From positions 1,001 through 65,000 of the forward strand of contig CAZHYL010000003.1 of the NCBI GenBank assembly GCA_964536745.1: a DNA stretch of 64,000 nt, in the 5' to 3' direction. The notes beneath the pieces were generated by a model that was not told the DNA's origin, did not search any database, and saw nothing but the letters and a program-made list of their open reading frames with translations. The position numbers and the translations under genes are program-made. Each line of letters opens with the position of its first letter. Within the stretch, counting starts at the first letter, position 1. Shown here piece by piece: positions 7,639 through 16,839 of this stretch. This DNA comes from an uncultured Candidatus Saccharibacteria bacterium. Its GTDB lineage: Bacteria; Patescibacteriota; Doudnabacteria; UBA920.

Positions 7639-9467
7639 CTGGGTTCCAGTCTATGGGTTATTCAAGCTATAACACAGCGATTAGCGAACTAGCTGCTTCA
7701 GAAGCAAATGTTTATGCCATAGATTCAACTGGTGCAGCGTTGCGTGATGCTAATCACTGGAGTTATGCTGGACTTAAGACAGTTACCTCAAGCATGGTCA
7801 CTGTAACCAAAAATGTATTGGGGTTAAATTACCCAGGTTTACCTACAAGTTTATCTGCGACTCCTAGTAGTTCTTCTGTGGCGCTTTCATGGACAGCTCC
7901 AGTAGCAAATGGTGGCTCGGCAATTACTGATTATGTTATCCAATATAAAACTAATGCCGCTTCAACGTGGTCCACATTTAACGATGGAACTTCTACTTCC
8001 ACATCTGCTACAGTAACTGGACTAAGCGGTGACACAGCATATAACTTTAGGGTAAAAGCTGTTAACTCAAATGGCGGTGGTAACTATACAACTGTGAATG
8101 CAACCACTACTGACGGTTCGGCTCCAACAATTTCATCAGTTACTGTTTCTGTTAATCCAAATAATACTCAAGCCACGATCTCTTGGACGACTGATGAATT
8201 GGCTTCTAGCTTGGTAGACTATGGAATTAGTTCATCCTATGGAAATTCTACTGTCGAATCTGATACTTCTCCTAGGGTCTTGAACCATTCAGTTACAATT
8301 TCATCATTATCACCATGTGCAATCTATAATTATCGGGTAAAGTCCACCGATGCGAATAGCAATTTAGCCACGGGTTCTAATGGACAATTCCAGACTGATG
8401 GTTGTACGTCAGAAGTTTTAGAATCTGGTTCGTTTTTTGTGGATGATTCTACAGGTATGAGTGTAGGTGCCTCTGGTACCCCAGGTGTTCGTTTGGGTGT
8501 TCCAGCAGGAGCTGCCGGGGTAGACGCAAGTTTTCAAGTTATGAAAATTGACTCTGACAGCGCGGTTGATGCCGTAGGGTTACCTTCCGGATTTTCTTTA
8601 GTAGGTGATCATACTTATGAGTTAAGAGCTTATGAAGATGTTGGCAGTGCAATTTCATCTTTTAATAGTCCGATTACTGTTGTGATTGAGTATGAAGACG
8701 CCGATGTCGCTGGTCTAAATGAATCTAATTTAGTTATTTACCATTACACTGGAGGTAATTGGACTTCTCTCGCTCCATGTACTGTTAACACCAGCGCTAA
8801 CACTGTAACCTGTTCTACCACCAGTTTCTCTTTGTTTGGTCTTATGGGTACTGCAAGCGCATCTGGTGGTTCTTCTGGCTCACAAACCAAACACCCAGTA
8901 GGCACAAACATTGTTACCGATGATGGAACAATTTACACACTTACAGCTGATGGCAAGCGTAGACCATACACTTCTGCTGGTGCGTTCTTAAGTTATGGTT
9001 TTAACTCTTTTGCTACCACAGTCAAAGCTTTGAAAGGGGACTTAGCCATCCCCGTAGGCTCATTCATTCCTCCTCGTGACGGCTCTATTACTTGTTCTGA
9101 CAGGGGAGAAGACAGAGGCACCTGCTATCTCATTACCGATGGTAAAAAAGCTGGCTTTACCTCTGCTACTGTATTTACATCCTTAGGGTTCTCCTTCCTA
9201 AATACTCAGTACGGTGATGTCTCCTTCATGGAATCAGCACCTAATATTTCCACCGCCCAGCAGGCTCATCATATTGGCACCCTTATTAACAACGAAGGCA
9301 CTCTTCAAATTATTGCCTCCCAAGCCTTAGTTGGTATTCCATCCATGTCCGTCTTAACCTCTTGGGGCTACAACCCTGCAACTGCTGTCTTAGCTAATAC
9401 TTATGACAAGCTCCTAGAACAAACCCAAGTGCTGACTACCAGACTAGCTGGAGTGCTAGATTTTTAA
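7635..9467 (+). CDS. C-terminal part (610 aa) of the same surface protein. It holds the rest of the SGNH esterase domain (block V 'DANHWS'), FN3 and PAP-N-like FN3 modules, a Cys-containing domain and three copies of the shared ~38-aa C-terminal repeat.
   Basis: Begins '…GFQSMGYSSYNTAISELAASEANVYAIDSTGAALRDANHWS' (SGNH block V D-x-x-H). Frame 0 is open back to 7614 and overlaps the end of the upstream ORF in another frame. The C-terminal repeats match those at 1140-1861 and in 41138-41821. Confidence 0.7.
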   Translation: MTGFQSMGYSSYNTAISELAASEANVYAIDSTGAALRDANHWSYAGLKTVTSSMVTVTKNVLGLNYPGLPTSLSATPSSSSVALSWTAPVANGGSAITDYVIQYKTNAASTWSTFNDGTSTSTSATVTGLSGDTAYNFRVKAVNSNGGGNYTTVNATTTDGSAPTISSVTVSVNPNNTQATISWTTDELASSLVDYGISSSYGNSTVESDTSPRVLNHSVTISSLSPCAIYNYRVKSTDANSNLATGSNGQFQTDGCTSEVLESGSFFVDDSTGMSVGASGTPGVRLGVPAGAAGVDASFQVMKIDSDSAVDAVGLPSGFSLVGDHTYELRAYEDVGSAISSFNSPITVVIEYEDADVAGLNESNLVIYHYTGGNWTSLAPCTVNTSANTVTCSTTSFSLFGLMGTASASGGSSGSQTKHPVGTNIVTDDGTIYTLTADGKRRPYTSAGAFLSYGFNSFATTVKALKGDLAIPVGSFIPPRDGSITCSDRGEDRGTCYLITDGKKAGFTSATVFTSLGFSFLNTQYGDVSFMESAPNISTAQQAHHIGTLINNEGTLQIIASQALVGIPSMSVLTSWGYNPATAVLANTYDKLLEQTQVLTTRLAGVLDF

Positions 9468-9487
9468 AATTACTTTGTTCAGATTTA

Positions 9488-9511
9488 ACCACTCAAGAAG
9501 AGTGGTTTTTT
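9488..9511 (+). terminator. Rho-independent terminator (ACCACTC-AAGAA-GAGTGGT-TTTTT).
   Basis: 7-bp stem plus T5 directly after the 9467 stop. Confidence 0.6.
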
Positions 9512-9512
9512 C

Positions 9513-9566
9513 TTGACAGGGGAGTTTGTTGTGCTATTCTAAATGTAACCCCCCATGGGGGGGTAA
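9513..9566 (+). promoter_or_regulatory. Sigma70-type promoter (TTGACA, 16-nt spacer, TATTCT). A C6-AT-G7 palindrome at 9549-9562 (CCCCCCATGGGGGG) follows between promoter and start codon and is a candidate CsoR/RcnR-family operator.
   Basis: -35 TTGACA at 9513-9518 and -10 TATTCT at 9535-9540. The G/C-tract inverted repeat flanked by TAA/TAAT resembles the RcnR/CsoR operator style (TACT-G6-N-AGTA type). Confidence 0.55.
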
Positions 9567-9844
9567 TGATAAATAATATGACAGAACAACAAAAGCAAAT
9601 AATCAAAAGAATTAAAACTGCCCAAGGTCACCTTGGTGCTGTAGCAGACATGGTGGCAAAGGATAATTATTGCATGGATATTATTAACCAGAACCATGCT
9701 GTTATCGAAGCCTTACGGAAAGTGAATAATCTTATCTTGGAGGGCTATTTGGGTGAGTGTGCTTTGGATGCTGTGAACCATAAAAGTGCAGCAAAGCGTA
9801 AAGCAGCAGTTCAGGAATTAGTAAAAATTTACAGTAAGAAATAA
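9566..9844 (+). CDS. CsoR/RcnR/FrmR-family (DUF156) metal- or thiol-sensing transcriptional repressor. The sensing residues are Cys36, Tyr61 and Cys65, i.e. the Cu(I)-ligand His is replaced by Tyr.
   Basis: 92-aa all-helical protein. The 'AQGHLGAVADMV…C…H/Y…C' layout matches the CsoR fold. Residues counted directly from the translation (C36 … Y61 … C65, with H44 also present). Confidence 0.6.
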   Translation: MINNMTEQQKQIIKRIKTAQGHLGAVADMVAKDNYCMDIINQNHAVIEALRKVNNLILEGYLGECALDAVNHKSAAKRKAAVQELVKIYSKK

Positions 9845-9845
9845 T

Positions 9846-10778
9846 ATGAACGAAGTATATAAAACAATCATTATTGGGTCTGGTCCATCAGGCCTTACCG
9901 CTGCCATTTATGCAGGCAGGGCAGAGCTTGCACCGTTAGTAATTGCTGGTCTCCAACCCGGAGGTCAGTTAACTATTACCACAGACGTAGAAAATTTTCC
10001 TGGATTTCCTGAAGGAATTCAAGGGCCAGAGTTAATGCAGAAAATGACCGAACAAGCCACGCGTTTTGGTGCCAAAATAGTTCAAGAAAATGTATCTAGT
10101 GTAGACTTTTCATCTAAGCCATATAAGGTAAAGACTGATAATAATGAGTACCACGCACAGAGTGTGATTATTGCTACTGGCGCAGAAGTTAAATGGCTAG
10201 GCTTAGAAAATGAAACTCGTCTTCGTGGTAGAGGAGTGACTGCTTGTGCGACTTGTGATGGATTCTTCTTTAAGAATTTAGATATCGTTGTAATAGGTGG
10301 TGGTGATAGCGCTATGGAAGAAGCTTTGTTTCTAACAAAGTTTGGGAAAAGTGTTACTATTGTTCACAGGCGAGATGAATTTAGAGCTTCGAAAATTATG
10401 TTAAAGCGCGCTCAGGACAATCCAAAAATCAAATTTATAACCGATGTAACTATCTTGGATATTTTAGGAGAGGATTCTTTCTCTGGCATTAAAATTAAAG
10501 ATAACAAAACCGGAGAAGAGCGAGAGATTCCCGCGCAGGGGTATTTTGTAGCCATTGGACACAGTCCAGCTGTGAAAATTTTTGCGGATGCAGGAGTAGA
10601 ACTGGATGAAAAAGGCTATATCGCTCAAAAAGAATTTACCCAAACTAATATTGAAGGAGTGTTTGTAGCAGGCGATGTTCACGACCATCGGTATCGTCAA
10701 GCTATATCTTCTGCAGGGGAAGGCTGTAAGGCGGCGCTTGATGCGGAAAAATATTTAACTGAATTAAGTTTAGAATAA
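9846..10778 (+). CDS. trxB: Thioredoxin reductase (NADPH, low-Mr type).
   Basis: FAD motif IIGSGPSGLTAAIYA, redox-active CATCDG, NADPH motif VVIGGGDSAMEEA. 310 aa. The start lies 2 nt after the csoR-like stop. Confidence 0.85.
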   Translation: MNEVYKTIIIGSGPSGLTAAIYAGRAELAPLVIAGLQPGGQLTITTDVENFPGFPEGIQGPELMQKMTEQATRFGAKIVQENVSSVDFSSKPYKVKTDNNEYHAQSVIIATGAEVKWLGLENETRLRGRGVTACATCDGFFFKNLDIVVIGGGDSAMEEALFLTKFGKSVTIVHRRDEFRASKIMLKRAQDNPKIKFITDVTILDILGEDSFSGIKIKDNKTGEEREIPAQGYFVAIGHSPAVKIFADAGVELDEKGYIAQKEFTQTNIEGVFVAGDVHDHRYRQAISSAGEGCKAALDAEKYLTELSLE

Positions 10779-10779
10779 T

Positions 10780-12009
10780 ATGAATAATCCATTTGAAAGT
10801 GCAAAAAAACAACTTCAAGCTGCTGCCGATGCAGCCAGTCTGGATTCAGATAAAATTCAGAGGTTAATGAACCCAGATCGTTATATCGAGGTTTCTATAC
10901 CTGTAAAAATGGACGATGGGTCTCAGAAGATTTATACAGGTTTTCGATCGCAGCATAACGACTCTCGTGGTCCTTATAAAGGCGGAATTCGATATCACCA
11001 AGATGTTAACTTAGACGAAGTTCGCGCTTTGAGTTTCTGGATGACTTTTAAGAACGCGGTAATAGATGTGCCTTTTGGTGGCGGTAAAGGCGGAATTATA
11101 GTGGATCCTAAGGGATTGTCGACTGGTGAGCTCGAGAGGCTCTCTAGGGGTTATATGAGACAAATGTGGCGTAATTTTGGGCCCTTGGTGGACGTTCCTG
11201 CTCCAGATGTTAATACAAATGGGGTGATTATGGGTTGGATGAGGAACGAGTATGAAAATTTAACTGGTAACTCGGCGCCTGGTGTGATTACGGGTAAATC
11301 CGTGGAGGATGGTGGTAGTGAAGGTCGTACAGAGGCTACAGGTTTTGGTGGTGGCTATGTACTTCGCGAAGCTCTTAGCGCTGGTTTGGTCACGAGTCCA
11401 GCAGCAGAAAAAAAGACGATTGCTATCCAAGGATTTGGTAATGTTGCAACGTATTTAGCAGAGTATGCAAAAGAGCATGGCTTTAAAGTTGTGGCTTTAT
11501 CGGATAGTAAAGGCGGAGTTTATAACGAAGCCGGTATAGATATTTCTGCAGCCGAACAGCACAAGAAAGAAACTAAATCCTTGAAAGGATTAGCGGGTGC
11601 CAAAGAGATTACAAATGAAGAACTGCTGGAGTTAGATGTAGATGTATTAGTGCCTGCAGCATTAGAAAATGTTTTAACTGCAGATAATGCTGAAAAAATT
11701 AAAGCTAAATTTATTTTAGAAATGGCTAATGGGCCAACTACACCAGAAGCAGACGAAATTTTTGAAAAGAATGGTGTTGTGGTCGTGCCAGATATCTTGG
11801 CAAATAGTGGAGGAGTTTGCGTAAGTTATTTTGAGTGGTATCAGAACATGCATAATGAGAAGTGGAACAAAGATGAGGTGTTAAAAAAACTTGATGAGCA
11901 TATAGTGTCTGCGTTCAATGCAGTAAGGGAGGCTCAAAATAAATACCAATGCTCAATGAGAACAGCAGCATATATAATAGCTGCTCAAAGAATTCTGGAA
12001 AAGATGTAA
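10780..12009 (+). CDS. gdhA: Glutamate dehydrogenase (Glu/Leu/Phe/Val dehydrogenase family).
   Basis: Contains KGGIRYH…FGGGKGG and GFGNVA Rossmann motifs. 409 aa. Translationally coupled to trxB. Confidence 0.8.
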   Translation: MNNPFESAKKQLQAAADAASLDSDKIQRLMNPDRYIEVSIPVKMDDGSQKIYTGFRSQHNDSRGPYKGGIRYHQDVNLDEVRALSFWMTFKNAVIDVPFGGGKGGIIVDPKGLSTGELERLSRGYMRQMWRNFGPLVDVPAPDVNTNGVIMGWMRNEYENLTGNSAPGVITGKSVEDGGSEGRTEATGFGGGYVLREALSAGLVTSPAAEKKTIAIQGFGNVATYLAEYAKEHGFKVVALSDSKGGVYNEAGIDISAAEQHKKETKSLKGLAGAKEITNEELLELDVDVLVPAALENVLTADNAEKIKAKFILEMANGPTTPEADEIFEKNGVVVVPDILANSGGVCVSYFEWYQNMHNEKWNKDEVLKKLDEHIVSAFNAVREAQNKYQCSMRTAAYIIAAQRILEKM

Positions 12010-12018
12010 AGATAAAAA

Positions 12019-12041
12019 GCCAGTCAACATTGACTGGCTTT
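12019..12041. terminator. Bidirectional hairpin terminator (GCCAGTCAA…TTGACTGGC + TTT) between convergent gdhA and the 12024 gene.
   Basis: 9-bp perfect inverted repeat followed by T-run. Confidence 0.5.
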
Positions 12042-12383
12042 GGCGTATATAAGTTCACTAATTTCCGAAATGAATCTTGCTAAACGGTTGCGCTCATCTG
12101 GGTCTATGTCCCAGAACGATAAACTATTTTCTCTTATGAGGTACGGGCTGTTTAGCCAAGAGTGGTATTCCATGCGGTGACCAGCATGGATGAGAATGAT
12201 TTTTGTATGGCCATCTTTCATTGGCTGGAACCAAAATAGACAATTTTCCGAACGATAGCTCGCATGCTTTACCCTATTCGTATCAGTAAATCCTATCTTG
12301 AGTGCGTCATGATTTTGCCTGATTACATTTGGGATGTCACTTAAACTTACATAATTAGTGCTTCTCGCGATTAACATAAACAC
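12024..12383 (-). CDS. Hypothetical cytoplasmic protein (119 aa), co-transcribed downstream of the serine protease.
   Basis: ORF with no recognisable motif and no signal peptide. Lies 15 nt downstream of the 12398 gene. Confidence 0.4.
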   Translation of the reverse strand: MFMLIARSTNYVSLSDIPNVIRQNHDALKIGFTDTNRVKHASYRSENCLFWFQPMKDGHTKIILIHAGHRMEYHSWLNSPYLIRENSLSFWDIDPDERNRLARFISEISELIYAKASQC

Positions 12384-12397
12384 CTCCTTACAATATT

Positions 12398-13960
12398 CTA
12401 TACGGCAGTTGCTTGAGTCGTCTGAATTGGCTCAATTTTTCTGGTTTTTCTAAGAAAAAATATAACTCCTACAGTGATTATAACAAAAACTAATCCACCA
12501 GCCCAAGCGTAAATTGGGATGTTTTTAACGAATTCAGTGGCTTGATAGAGTTTCCCATCCTTAGAGCTACCAGCAGAAATTAACTCGTTACATCTATCTA
12601 TATATTTTTGTAGACCGGGATTGCTTAAACTTTCTGAGCTAGTTTTACTTAAGGCAAACTGTTCGTTTGCTTTTCGACATAGCTTGTTTTCTGATAACTG
12701 GAGACCTAAAATGAAACTACTTAAGTACGGATTAGTTGTTGGATTTACTCCATTGTCATTCATTAAAGTCAAGGCGTGTTCGATTGGGACCGCGTATCCA
12801 AAATTATCTCCAACTGCACCATTATTTAGAAAAGAGATAATACCAATCACTTCACCTTTTTCATTCAACATTGGGCTTCCACTAGATCCTGGTGAGATTT
12901 TTGCATCTGTTTGATAGATCTGTGTTTCGTCTAAATCCTTTAAGGAGTTTATACTTCCTTGTGTCATAGTCCTGCTAAAAAGATCCGAAAGATTGACTTC
13001 GGCGTTGGCAGGAAAGCCAATTACAAAGATTTGCTGACCTGTACTTGGGTTGGCGTTAGGGTTTAGATTTAAGAACGGTGTGGTTTCTTTTTGGATTTTA
13101 ATTAGGGCAACGTCTTTATGACTCTTAGCATAATCTGGGCGCCAGTCTACAATTCTGGCGGGAAATCCCTCACCTGCAAGCTTTTTAAGATCTTCTTCGG
13201 TTTTAATTTTTTTACCAATACCAGAAGGGTCTAACACTGTGATAGTTTGCTCGGCGTCAATTTTTGCTCGTTCAGTGATGTATTTATATACTGCCTCCAA
13301 GACATCATAGGCAAATTTATCTGCAGCTTGCATCGGGTCATCTCCATAGGTGGTTGTGATTTTTTGTTCGAGAGCTGTGAGTTCATCTGGATTTAGATTT
13401 AAAATTTGATCTCTGATTGCTTCTCCGTAGTATATCAAGGCCTTTTGTGTGAATTCCTCTAAAATAACCCCTTTGTCTATTACATGTGAATTGGTTACTA
13501 TATGACCTTTACTATCAACAAAAAAACCTGTGCCGGTTACAAGCGAGTCCAGTTTTTGAGAATAAGTTGTAGTAGTTGGTACTAAGTTGAAATTCAGTAA
13601 ATCTACTGTAAACTCTGGAAAACTTACAGTCCCAGATACTCTGTTAAAGATTCTTATAACAGCAGGAGTGCTAATATCTGCAATTTCTTCTTGGTTTAAC
13701 TGTGATTCGGTGGTTGCACCAGCAACTATTCCAGTTGACGGGATTGGGACATCAAAGATTTGCGACATTATTTCGCGACTCACTAGTTTGGCAGTATCCA
13801 GAGAAGGACTTTGTTGTTTGATATGCGGAATTTGTAATTCTAAAGCAGTCTTAGTAGCTTGCTGGCCAAGTTGATGCTCAAAAATTGCAGTTCCAAGTAT
13901 CACAATGCCAATTAAAGCTGTCGAGGTTAACCATCCCAGTAAGATTGATTGTTTTTTCAT
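12398..13960 (-). CDS. Membrane-anchored trypsin-like (S1/HtrA-type) serine protease with an N-terminal signal-anchor and a C-terminal TM helix.
   Basis: 'TGFFVDSKGHIVTNSHVI' (His), 'DVALIKI' (Asp) and 'GSSGSPMLNEKGEVIGIISF' (Ser) form the catalytic triad blocks of the Trypsin_2 fold. Hydrophobic N- and C-terminal segments. Confidence 0.65.
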   Translation of the reverse strand: MKKQSILLGWLTSTALIGIVILGTAIFEHQLGQQATKTALELQIPHIKQQSPSLDTAKLVSREIMSQIFDVPIPSTGIVAGATTESQLNQEEIADISTPAVIRIFNRVSGTVSFPEFTVDLLNFNLVPTTTTYSQKLDSLVTGTGFFVDSKGHIVTNSHVIDKGVILEEFTQKALIYYGEAIRDQILNLNPDELTALEQKITTTYGDDPMQAADKFAYDVLEAVYKYITERAKIDAEQTITVLDPSGIGKKIKTEEDLKKLAGEGFPARIVDWRPDYAKSHKDVALIKIQKETTPFLNLNPNANPSTGQQIFVIGFPANAEVNLSDLFSRTMTQGSINSLKDLDETQIYQTDAKISPGSSGSPMLNEKGEVIGIISFLNNGAVGDNFGYAVPIEHALTLMNDNGVNPTTNPYLSSFILGLQLSENKLCRKANEQFALSKTSSESLSNPGLQKYIDRCNELISAGSSKDGKLYQATEFVKNIPIYAWAGGLVFVIITVGVIFFLRKTRKIEPIQTTQATAV

Positions 13961-14002
13961 AAAAGTTAGGATTTATTTAATTATATCATGGTAAAATGAA
14001 GT

Positions 14003-14917
14003 ATGTACGATTGCATTATCATTGGAGCTGGACCTGCAGGGATGACTGCAGCGATTTATACAGCTCGTAAAAAATTAAAAACTCTTGTGCTAGCTAAAGA
14101 AGCAGGGGGCCAAATGGTGTGGAGTAGTGATGTAGAAAACTATACGGGATTTTCTATGATTAGTGGCGCAGATTTAACCGCTAAGTTTCAAGACCACTTA
14201 AATACTTTGAAAGAAGATTTAGAAGTTAAGATCGGTGTCGAGGTGGTTAATGTTGAAAAAAATATTACTAGTTTTACTATTCAGGATAGTCAGGGTGGAG
14301 AATATTATTCAAAGACAGTTATCATTGCCGCGGGGAAAGTTCCTAGGCATTTGGGAATCGTAGGGGAGAAGGAATTTTACGGCCATGGGGTTTCCACATG
14401 TGCTACTTGTGACGCTCCTCTGTATAAAGGTAAAAAAGTAGCTGTGGTTGGTGGTGGGAATTCCGCGATGGATGCTGTTGTTGCTTTATCAAAGCTGGCA
14501 AGCCAAATTACTTTGGTTAATATTAATCATAGCTTGGCTGGTGATGAAATTTTAAAACAAAAAGTTTTGAGCTTGACCAACGTTAAAATTTTGAATAACT
14601 CAAAGGCAGTAGAAATTGTCGGCAACAAATCTGTGGAGAAGCTACGTTATCAGCCGTATGCCCAAGATGAACAAGAAATAAATGTGGATGGTGTATTTAT
14701 AGAAATAGGTTATGAGCCAGCATCGGGGTTCGATTCACTTGTTGATAGAAATCAGCACCATGAAATTAAAGTTGGCAAAAATCTGCAAACAAGTGTAGAC
14801 GGACTTTTTGCAGCTGGGGATATAAACGACCTTGGGAGTGAGCAAATTATCATTGCAGCCGGTGAAGGAGCGCAGGCAGCTTTATCGGTAAGTGAGTACT
14901 TGAACAAACAAAAATAG
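14003..14917 (+). CDS. Second thioredoxin-reductase-like FAD/NAD(P) disulfide oxidoreductase (paralog of trxB).
   Basis: IIGAGPAGMTAAIYTA…CATCDAP…VVGGGNSAMDAV. 304 aa. Confidence 0.7.
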   Translation: MYDCIIIGAGPAGMTAAIYTARKKLKTLVLAKEAGGQMVWSSDVENYTGFSMISGADLTAKFQDHLNTLKEDLEVKIGVEVVNVEKNITSFTIQDSQGGEYYSKTVIIAAGKVPRHLGIVGEKEFYGHGVSTCATCDAPLYKGKKVAVVGGGNSAMDAVVALSKLASQITLVNINHSLAGDEILKQKVLSLTNVKILNNSKAVEIVGNKSVEKLRYQPYAQDEQEINVDGVFIEIGYEPASGFDSLVDRNQHHEIKVGKNLQTSVDGLFAAGDINDLGSEQIIIAAGEGAQAALSVSEYLNKQK

Positions 14918-14951
14918 TTTGCTAACATACTTGTTCTAGGAGGAACCAATA

Positions 14952-15338
14952 ATGAGGAGAGAATATCTTTCGCGTAATCTGGGCATACTCGGTAAAATTT
15001 GGGCATTTTCCACAGTCGTGGCGTTATGTGTTCTCTTAATACGTACTACTACGGACCCTGGGATGATTGTCCTTTCTGTTGCCATCGGATTTGTGTTTAC
15101 TTGCTTGGCTTGCGAAAAATTGAATTCGCTTACAGGGGTGAAGGATACTAGGTTTATGTTGCATTCAATATTTTGGATGGGTTGCATTGGCTTTGGTCTT
15201 GTAACTTTATTTGCCTCGAACTATTTTAGCATGCTAACAAGCCTAGTTTTACAAGGATTTTTTAATGCACTTTCACTGAGTCTGGTGGTTTTCTATCACA
15301 CTGGTACTCAATCCCAATATCAAAAAACTCTGGAATAA
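14952..15338 (+). CDS. Small integral membrane protein (about 4 TM), hypothetical.
   Basis: AGGAGG RBS 7 nt upstream of ATG. Highly hydrophobic translation. Confidence 0.5.
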   Translation: MRREYLSRNLGILGKIWAFSTVVALCVLLIRTTTDPGMIVLSVAIGFVFTCLACEKLNSLTGVKDTRFMLHSIFWMGCIGFGLVTLFASNYFSMLTSLVLQGFFNALSLSLVVFYHTGTQSQYQKTLE

Positions 15339-15355
15339 CCCAGAGCTTTTTATTT

Positions 15356-15916
15356 TTAGCTATTTACTCGTTCAACATAGCTACCATCGCGAGTATCAAT
15401 TCTGATGATTTCACCTTCTTTGATAAACATTGGTGCTTGAACCATTAGGCCAGTTTCAACTTTAACAGGCTTGGTAACGTTACCACCGCTGTTACCAGTG
15501 ATACTAGGAGGTGATTCAACTACTTTAAGATCAACTTTAATTGGTAATTCAATTGACACAGGTTTTCCATTAAATCTTAGGATCATAACTTTGGTCCCTT
15601 CGATTAGAAATGGTTCTTGCTCCGCAGTGATTTCTTTGTCAAAATCTATGGTTTCAAAAGTTTCATTATTCATGAAGTGAGTACCACTTTCATCCGCGTA
15701 TAAGAAGTTGGCGTTCTCTCGGGTGACATCGGCCGCCTCTACTTTTTCACCAAATTTAAAGCTGTACTCAAGAACTTTACCAGTAATTACGTTGCGAAGT
15801 TTTGCTTGCATTACAGGTTTTCTTTGCGCAGTGCGCATGCGGTTAGACCAGATTACTTGAAATGGTTCACCATTCATCAGTACGATGGCGCCTAATTTTA
15901 CGTCATTTAAATCCAT
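15356..15916 (-). CDS. efp: Elongation factor P.
   Basis: 186 aa with KOW-like N-terminus (…GAIVLMNGEPFQVIW…) and EF-P OB domains. Overall similarity to EF-P. Confidence 0.8.
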   Translation of the reverse strand: MDLNDVKLGAIVLMNGEPFQVIWSNRMRTAQRKPVMQAKLRNVITGKVLEYSFKFGEKVEAADVTRENANFLYADESGTHFMNNETFETIDFDKEITAEQEPFLIEGTKVMILRFNGKPVSIELPIKVDLKVVESPPSITGNSGGNVTKPVKVETGLMVQAPMFIKEGEIIRIDTRDGSYVERVNS

Positions 15917-15949
15917 AAGGTCTTGTTGTTAGTTTAGTTTTTTAGAATA

Positions 15950-16204
15950 CTAAGCAGCCACAAAAGGCAAAAGAGCCATGTGGCGAGCGCGCTTAAGTGC
16001 AGTAGTAATTAAGCGTTGGTGCTTTGGGCAAGATCCTGTTCGAGTACGAGAAAGGATTTTAGCGTGTGGGGACATAAATCGACGCAAGGTTTGCGTATCT
16101 TTATAATCTACTGTGCTTATTTTGTTTGCACAAAAATAGCAGACTTTTTTAACCACTGGAGCATTGTTGTCTCTGCGGTTATTGTTATTATTTTCTCTTG
16201 GCAT
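15950..16204 (-). CDS. rpsR: 30S ribosomal protein S18.
   Basis: '[53 protein letters not shown]' is a canonical S18 sequence. Confidence 0.9.
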   Translation of the reverse strand: MPRENNNNNRRDNNAPVVKKVCYFCANKISTVDYKDTQTLRRFMSPHAKILSRTRTGSCPKHQRLITTALKRARHMALLPFVAA

Positions 16205-16223
16205 AGTTATATATTAGAAAGAA

Positions 16224-16691
16224 TTAAAATGGAATATCATCGACATTGATATCTTCGCCTCTGTCTTGTTGAATAGTTGGTAGTTCTTCTTCAACAAAAG
16301 GTTGGCTAGTAGTACTGGATTGAGAAGATGGGGCAGAGCCCATAGGAGCCATGTCGCCACGTCCGCCATCTAACATGATCATATTATCTGCAACTATTTC
16401 AGTTCTGTAGTTTTTCTTACCATCTTGGCCATCCCAGCTTCGGGTTTGTAGACGACCTTCAATGTATACCCGTTGTCCCTTTTTAAGATACTGGGAAGCG
16501 ATTTCTCCTAGTTTTCTCCAGAGTACAACATTGTGATACTCAACTTGTTCAACTTTTTGACCGCTTTGTTGATTGGTGTAAACGAAATTAGTAGCGAGTC
16601 CAACTTGGCAAACACTTACACCACTTGGAGTAGTCTTTAGTTCTGGATCACGAGTCAGACGACCGATGATCATGGCTTTATTTAAATCCAT
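16224..16691 (-). CDS. ssb: Single-stranded DNA-binding protein.
   Basis: OB-fold N-terminus (NKAMIIGRLTRDPELK…HNVVLWRKLGE), Gly/Ser/Pro-rich linker and acidic C-terminal DDIPF tail. Confidence 0.9.
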   Translation of the reverse strand: MDLNKAMIIGRLTRDPELKTTPSGVSVCQVGLATNFVYTNQQSGQKVEQVEYHNVVLWRKLGEIASQYLKKGQRVYIEGRLQTRSWDGQDGKKNYRTEIVADNMIMLDGGRGDMAPMGSAPSSQSSTTSQPFVEEELPTIQQDRGEDINVDDIPF

Positions 16692-16839
16692 ATTATTAGT
16701 GACGGCTTTATGGACTTGCCCAATAGCTGTGTTATTTTCTTTCGCAACTCGTTTGCGTAACTGTAGTACGTGTCACTCGTTGCTCAAGAAAATGCCTTGC
16801 TTTTGGCCAAACCATAAAACCTTTTATTAATTATTTAGA

